From positions 1 through 43,525 of the forward strand of contig JAZGGS010000494.1 of NCBI GenBank assembly GCA_036480595.1: a stretch of 43,525 nucleotides of DNA, written 5' to 3'. The stretch comes from Ignavibacteriaceae bacterium (lineage in GTDB: Bacteria > Bacteroidota > Ignavibacteria > Ignavibacteriales > Ignavibacteriaceae). Below, one piece after another: positions 39,869 through 43,525 of this stretch (position 1 is the first letter of the stretch; every line of letters starts with the position of its first letter). The notes beneath the pieces were generated by a model. The model searched no databases and was not told the DNA's origin. It saw only the letters and a list, made by a program, of their open reading frames with translations. Made by a program: the position numbers and the translations under genes.

Positions 39869-40203
39869 ATTTTGAAACCATTATAGATAACGAATTTGTT
39901 ATGTCATTCGTGGGAATGCTTGTATGGTTTGGATTATCATTTGGAAGTCAATCGAAATTAAAATTTCCAGCCTGGTTTAACCGAAATTCAAAGCATATAC
40001 TAATCGGGTGTTTTGTTGCTTTTGCAATAGTTGCATATGATGACGACATAATCGAAGGGTATAATGATCTTCCAATTGAAGATATTGAACAAAAAAAATA
40101 CTGGTATTTATTAGGAGGCGTATGGTTAAATCTTTTGTATAAAATAGCCTCAAATATAAGCGCATTAATAAATTATATTACAAATAAATTTACACTAAAA
40201 TAG
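39865..40203 (+). CDS. Membrane protein (112 aa)
   Basis: Track ORF with an ATGA overlap and hydrophobic spans. Confidence 0.65.
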   Translation: MNFETIIDNEFVMSFVGMLVWFGLSFGSQSKLKFPAWFNRNSKHILIGCFVAFAIVAYDDDIIEGYNDLPIEDIEQKKYWYLLGGVWLNLLYKIASNISALINYITNKFTLK

Positions 40204-40204
40204 C

Positions 40205-40795
40205 ATGAAGATATTAATTATATTGTTATTTTTATTTTCATGCACTACTCAGGATAACACATTATTGTCTATTTCTGAAAAAGAGAAAAGTTCATATGTG
40301 GTTTTAAACCGACCTGCATTTCCAGACGATTATCATCAAATCGAATATATAGGAGATTGGACCCACATGAATCATAAGCCTGGTAGTTATGCCAATACTA
40401 AAAATGATACTGCCAGGTTTGTATTTTGGGGTTATGGAATTCAGATACGAACTGAATTAATGAGACATCATAAAGCATATCAGGTGATAATTGATGGTAA
40501 ATACATTGAAAGTATTAACGTTGAAAATCCTATTAATACAACACATAATTTGACTTATTCAAATATGGATTTAACTACCGGTAATCATATCATGGAATTA
40601 GTGCCTGATAGCGGTTATTTTGTATTGAATACCTTGACTATTCATTATTTTGTCGATCCAAAACCAGATGAAGATTGTATTCCAGACACGGTTTATTTAC
40701 CTTCTGATCCAGTAATAATTTATCGCTTTAAACCTGACACCCTAGATTTAAAAATATTTATACTAGAAGATTCACTTTATTTTGAACTTAAATAA
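40205..40795 (+). CDS. Predicted lipoprotein (196 aa), beta-sandwich-like
   Basis: MKILIILLFLFSCTTQDN carries a lipobox Cys. Confidence 0.7.
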   Translation: MKILIILLFLFSCTTQDNTLLSISEKEKSSYVVLNRPAFPDDYHQIEYIGDWTHMNHKPGSYANTKNDTARFVFWGYGIQIRTELMRHHKAYQVIIDGKYIESINVENPINTTHNLTYSNMDLTTGNHIMELVPDSGYFVLNTLTIHYFVDPKPDEDCIPDTVYLPSDPVIIYRFKPDTLDLKIFILEDSLYFELK

Positions 40796-40801
40796 AACAA
40801 A

Positions 40802-41083
40802 ATGGAAAATTTAACAATTGTCACCCAAATAATAGGAATTGGCTTTGTTCTTGGTCTTGGTTTAATTTTGGTCTGGAGTATGACAAAGGACGGTAAGCTA
40901 ACCGCAAACGAAGCAAGTAAAGTAATTATCATGGTAGGTTTTGCTTATGCGATGATTACAAACGGAACCAGATTACCAGATACACAGCCAATTTTTGATT
41001 CAAGTATTATTTTGATATTGCTTGGATCAGTTTTAACAATGGCCGGACTTGACGCATACAAGATGATCAAAAAAAGTGAATGA
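40802..41083 (+). CDS. Membrane protein (93 aa, 3 hydrophobic spans); holin-like candidate
   Basis: Track ORF. Confidence 0.65.
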   Translation: MENLTIVTQIIGIGFVLGLGLILVWSMTKDGKLTANEASKVIIMVGFAYAMITNGTRLPDTQPIFDSSIILILLGSVLTMAGLDAYKMIKKSE

Positions 41084-41222
41084 TTTACTAGCCGGCCAAA
41101 TTCAATTATTCGATAAGAAAGCTATTCAGTGGTTTTGGAAATCGTATGATTTGGATTATTGCCGGATAACATATTATTACGCCACAAAAGTTAGACCCGT
41201 ACGGAATACAATTTATAGTTAG
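41076..41222 (+). CDS. Possible small protein (48 aa, GTG start)
   Basis: VNDLLAGQIQLFDKKAIQWFWKSYDLDYCRITYYYATKVRPVRNTIYS. It is the only open frame before the terminator. Confidence 0.25.
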   Translation: MNDLLAGQIQLFDKKAIQWFWKSYDLDYCRITYYYATKVRPVRNTIYS

Positions 41223-41246
41223 GTTGTGGGTTTTATGGACTGAAAG

Positions 41247-41274
41247 AGCCTTGTATATTGCAGGGCTTTTTTTA
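41247..41274 (+). terminator. Rho-independent terminator ending the late/lysis operon
   Basis: AGCCTTG (41247-41253) pairs with CAGGGCT (41261-41267) over 7 bp including one G-U pair. A T-run of seven follows. Confidence 0.7.
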
Positions 41275-41297
41275 TTTGATTAATTTGTTTATATTTG
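41275..41297 (+). promoter_or_regulatory. Promoter candidate, module copy 1
   Basis: TTTG occurs at 41275-41278 and 41284-41287. TATATTTG at 41290-41297 is an exact TAnnTTTG. The terminator-plus-promoter block is duplicated at 42557-42591. Confidence 0.45.
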
Positions 41298-41307
41298 TTT
41301 TATGATA

Positions 41308-41383
41308 CCGTGCATATCTAAAAATATAAGTTTTATAATATTACCACCTGAAGAGATGCACGGCTCTGATGGTGGTTTTTTTA
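41308..41383 (+). promoter_or_regulatory. Promoter-proximal leader with overlapping hairpins, one terminator-like
   Basis: Helix 1 pairs CCGTGCAT-A-TCT (41308-41319) with AGA-G-ATGCACGG (41352-41363). Helix 2 pairs ACCACC (41343-41348) with GGTGGT (41371-41376) and is followed by a run of T residues. The 5' arm of helix 2 lies inside the loop of helix 1. Confidence 0.45.
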
Positions 41384-41651
41384 TGGAGTTTATGTTGAAA
41401 ACGTTTCCTTTCTCCCAGCCAAAGCAGATCAGGCCAAAAAAGAAATCTTTAAATAAAATCCACCTCTTTGAATTCAAAACCCTGGCAATGTTATCGAGGT
41501 TACAACCAGGTCGAAATGCAAGATGTTACCGAATCATAAAGAGATTGAGTTGTAGGTCTATTATTGGGTTAGACTGACTTGGCAATTAGTGGTACTGTCA
41601 ACATGCCTACCCTTGCATGTAATAATCTAGTTATGTTTAAATATCAATAAT

Positions 41652-42431
41652 ATGGCAGAAAATAGCAAAATAGAATGGTGCGATCATACCGTAAATTTAT
41701 GGTGGGGATGCTCAAAAGTACACGCGGGTTGTAAAAATTGTTATGCAGAAAGTTTATCAATAAGGTATGGAAATGATATTTGGGGAGAAGATAAACAAAG
41801 AAAATTAATACAGTCTGCATTCAAAGATTTAAATAAATATCAAAAGCAAGCACAAAAAGAAAACAAGGTTGTTAAAGTTTTCATGGGATCAATGATGGAT
41901 ATATTTGAGGAATCAAAACCATTAATTGGGTTACGTGAGAGATATGTTTGTACGGGAACCTTAAGGGAACTTTTATTTACAGAAATATTACAAGATAAAT
42001 ACCCAAATTTGATTTTCTTATTCTTAACAAAAAGACCTAAAAATATTATTGATCTCATTCCTTACGAATGGAAAAACAATACTCCTGGCAATGTTTGGTT
42101 TGGAACTTCTATTTCTGATCAGGACACTAAAAAATATGTAGAAAAGTTAAAGCTTGTATTAGGTTCTAATTTATTTCTTTCAATTGAGCCACAAATTGGA
42201 TTAATTGATAATATTGATTTAAATGGTATTGATTGGGTAATTCAAGGCGGCGAAAGCGGCAATAAAAAAAGACCTTTTCAAATTGAGTGGGCCGAGCGAA
42301 TGAAACAAATATGTTATGAACAAAATACACCTTTCTTTTTCAAACAAATTGATAAAGTTCAGTCAATACCGGATAATTTAATGATTAAACAATACCCTGA
42401 TTTTAATGGCAGACAGGGGATATCGCAGTAA
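41652..42431 (+). CDS. DUF5131 (phage Gp37/Gp68 family) protein
   Basis: The N-terminal KIEWCDHTVNLWWGCSKVHAGCKNCYAE is the hallmark Cys-cluster start of this family. A GGESG motif lies near the C-terminus. Confidence 0.8.
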   Translation: MAENSKIEWCDHTVNLWWGCSKVHAGCKNCYAESLSIRYGNDIWGEDKQRKLIQSAFKDLNKYQKQAQKENKVVKVFMGSMMDIFEESKPLIGLRERYVCTGTLRELLFTEILQDKYPNLIFLFLTKRPKNIIDLIPYEWKNNTPGNVWFGTSISDQDTKKYVEKLKLVLGSNLFLSIEPQIGLIDNIDLNGIDWVIQGGESGNKKRPFQIEWAERMKQICYEQNTPFFFKQIDKVQSIPDNLMIKQYPDFNGRQGISQ

Positions 42432-42523
42432 AGGGTGAGGTCTATTAAAAAATGATTATCTTTGAATTAACAGTACTTGCAACGCTACCCATAAGAACAG
42501 CGTCCCAGTGCAAGGCTTTTAAA

Positions 42524-42540
42524 AAACTATCAGATAGTTT
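42524..42540. promoter_or_regulatory. 17-bp perfect palindrome AAACTATC-A-GATAGTTT
   Basis: 8 + 1 + 8 dyad read directly from the sequence. It abuts the terminator at 42544. Confidence 0.4.
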
Positions 42541-42543
42541 TGG

Positions 42544-42566
42544 GCCTCATTATGTGGGGCTTTTTT
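42544..42566 (+). terminator. Rho-independent terminator after the DUF5131 gene
   Basis: GCCTCA (42544-42549) pairs with TGGGGC (42555-42560) over 6 bp including one G-U pair. A run of six T residues follows. Confidence 0.55.
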
Positions 42567-42567
42567 A

Positions 42568-42591
42568 TTTGGTATAATTTGTTTACATTTG
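42568..42591 (+). promoter_or_regulatory. Promoter candidate, module copy 2
   Basis: TTTG occurs at 42568-42571 and 42578-42581. TACATTTG at 42584-42591 is an exact TAnnTTTG. Confidence 0.45.
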
Positions 42592-42596
42592 ATATA

Positions 42597-42689
42597 TAAA
42601 AACGGAGATGATAAGCCCTAAAAAGGCGCTTTGCTAGACACATAGTTTATTTGATGAATTAGGGATGCCGCCTTGGCTCCCTTTTTTTT
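42597..42689 (+). ncRNA. Candidate small non-coding RNA (about 95 nt, promoter to terminator)
   Basis: The segment lies between the TAnnTTTG box and a strong terminator. The only ORF inside is 9 codons (MISPKKALC). Confidence 0.35.
42662..42689 (+). terminator. Rho-independent terminator
   Basis: GGGATGCC (42662-42669) pairs with GGCTCCC (42675-42681) with one bulged T. A run of eight T residues follows. Confidence 0.7.
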
Positions 42690-42697
42690 GTCCACTC

Positions 42698-42735
42698 AAA
42701 AATAAATAATATAAATAATCAAAAAAACTTACATT
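42698..42735 (+). repeat. AT-rich repeat, copy 2 (see 154-192)
   Basis: AAAAATAAATAATATAAATAATCAA-AA-AAACTTACATT. Confidence 0.85.
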
Positions 42736-42740
42736 CACAT

Positions 42741-42766
42741 GATTAATAATATTAATTATACTATTT
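42741..42766 (+). promoter_or_regulatory. Third copy of the 17-bp operator-like element, with a weak -7-like box
   Basis: GATTAATAATATTAATT (42741-42757), then TACTATTT (42759-42766). The leader AAACTAAAAATTAGCA (42787-42802) follows. Confidence 0.4.
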
Positions 42767-42804
42767 TTACTTAACAATTAGGAATTAAACTAAAAATTAG
42801 CAAG

Positions 42805-42948
42805 ATGGAAACTCAAATTATTAAATTATCAGATTTAAAAGCCGGATCATTTATTTATAGGCTTGCAAAATCACACATCAAATTTCACGGATTTTATACT
42901 TGTACTTATAAAGGTGTAAAAACAAGAATAGTAGAAGGTCATGAATAA
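42805..42948 (+). CDS. Hypothetical protein (47 aa)
   Basis: Hand translation METQIIKLSDLKAGSFIYRLAKSHIKFHGFYTCTYKGVKTRIVEGHE. It overlaps the dcm start by 8 nt. Confidence 0.45.
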   Translation: METQIIKLSDLKAGSFIYRLAKSHIKFHGFYTCTYKGVKTRIVEGHE

Positions 42949-43525
42949 ATTACTTGATTTATATTGTGGAGGTGGAGGATCTTCGTATGGATATGAACTT
43001 GCTGGTTGGGATGTTACAGGCGTTGACATCATTCCACAATCAAAATATAAGGGTAGGTTTATACAATCCGATGCAATAGAATATTTGCGTAATAATTACA
43101 ATATGTTTGATGTAATCAGTGCCAGTCCTCCATGCCAGCAATATAGTACTTCATCAATGCAATTTAGAATAGACGGCAAAAGATATGATGATTTGATAGG
43201 TATTACAAGAATAGAATTAATTAAAACAAAACTCCCTTATGTTATTGAAAACGTCCCGGGAGCACCATTAATAAATCCTATTATATTATGTGGTTCAATG
43301 TTTGGGTTGAAAACATACCGTCATAGATTGTTTGAAAGCAATATTAATTTAAAGGCCCCGGCACATCCGAAACATGAAAATATTAATGCAAAAATGGGGA
43401 GAAGACCAAAAAAAGATGAATACATCCAATACATGGGACATTTTTCAGGCGTTAAAATGGTTCAAGATATGACTGGACTTTATTGGTTAGGACAAAAGGA
43501 ACTCGCTCAAAGTATTCCACCTCAA
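42941..43525 (+). CDS. dcm: DNA cytosine-C5 methyltransferase, N-terminal part (continues at 128-199 after the junction; about 218 aa in total)
   Basis: DLYCGGGGSSYG is motif I, SASPPCQQYS is motif IV (PC) and VIENVPG is motif VI (ENV). The ORF is open to the window end and is not in the track because it is truncated. Confidence 0.85.
   Translation, partial: MNKLLDLYCGGGGSSYGYELAGWDVTGVDIIPQSKYKGRFIQSDAIEYLRNNYNMFDVISASPPCQQYSTSSMQFRIDGKRYDDLIGITRIELIKTKLPYVIENVPGAPLINPIILCGSMFGLKTYRHRLFESNINLKAPAHPKHENINAKMGRRPKKDEYIQYMGHFSGVKMVQDMTGLYWLGQKELAQSIPPQ
43399..43525. repeat. Second copy of the 127-nt terminal overlap
   Basis: Identical to 1-127. Confidence 0.95.

Noticed and set aside
41289-41577. 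Track ORFs 41302-41577 (+) and 41289-41477 (-) as protein-coding genes
   Set aside because: Both read through a terminator-like hairpin and its T-run, have unusual composition and carry no motifs. The region is treated as a structured leader or non-coding. The + ORF remains a low-probability leaderless gene, as noted in the findings.
3256-42058. All 40 minus-strand ORFs in the track, for example 3256-3588, 6063-6254, 9307-9540, 10457-10639, 12530-12775, 13867-14109, 14426-14653, 15621-15953, 16090-16956, 19120-20140, 20896-21141, 23209-23394, 24187-24402, 24693-24917, 27601-27831, 30094-31965, 34467-35233, 35710-36123, 37110-37376, 39977-40165 and 41840-42058
   Set aside because: Nearly all lie antisense inside a longer, better supported + strand gene. 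The exceptions are 10713-10901, 29860-30090 and 41289-41477, which are covered in their own entries. Their products are rich in Ser, Leu, Ile, Phe and Cys with no motifs, and they break the otherwise continuous chain of + strand stop/start overlaps. I treat them as shadow ORFs.
42452-42577. A 41-aa ORF (MIIFELTVLATLPIRT...) downstream of the DUF5131 gene
   Set aside because: It is made entirely of the hairpin, palindrome and terminator sequences and ends inside the promoter module, so it is most likely non-coding.
1-43525. Temperate lifestyle markers, CRISPR arrays, toxin-antitoxin pairs and transposases
   Set aside because: I recognised no integrase, recombinase, transposase, repeat-spacer array or obvious TA pair. 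The small excisionase-like HTH (7722-7868) stands alone with no partner integrase, so I interpret it as a transcriptional regulator. Absence is judged by eye only; an HMM scan would be needed to be sure.

Overview
The window is one complete, circularly closed genome of a tailed dsDNA phage. Positions 1-127 are identical to 43399-43525, which leaves about 43.4 kb of unique sequence. Every credible gene is on the + strand, and genes are tightly packed with many ATGA or TAATG stop/start overlaps. The DNA is AT-rich by eye. Several intergenic regions carry Bacteroidota-style TAnnTTTG (-7) boxes and genes lack Shine-Dalgarno sites, so I infer a Bacteroidota (Flavobacteriia-like) host. Layout around the circle: (a) a DNA-modification and regulatory corner at 41.2-43.5 kb plus 1-199, holding a DUF5131/Gp37-Gp68 protein, a candidate small RNA and a C5-methyltransferase that spans the junction. 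(b) About 14 kb of small early genes. These include RecT, a NinB-like protein, RusA, a MazG-like protein, a YopX-like protein, a Dam-like methylase, HTH proteins, an HNH endonuclease and a DUF4373 replication protein. (c) The packaging and head module: small and large terminase, portal, Mu-F-like protein, protease/scaffold candidate, DUF2190-like decoration protein and major capsid. (d) A siphovirus-type tail module: connector proteins, major tail protein, G/GT frameshift chaperone, 775-aa tape measure, a 1050-aa distal tail protein and a LamG-like fibre. (e) A cluster of membrane and lipoprotein genes with no recognisable endolysin. No integrase, tRNA, rRNA, CRISPR array or reverse transcriptase was seen. 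Items most worth follow-up: a three-copy 29-nt boundary repeat, encoding a conserved mini-ORF, that partitions single-gene cassettes in front of the HNH gene. A duplicated terminator-promoter module that drives a hairpin-rich 350-nt leader and a separate roughly 95-nt terminated transcript. A 17-bp operator-like element present three times at early promoters. An HTH gene interrupted by a frameshift. Unusual cargo inside structural modules: a sulfotransferase-like gene and a predicted exported lipoprotein metallophosphoesterase. All family assignments come from motif recognition by eye and memory, not from searches.
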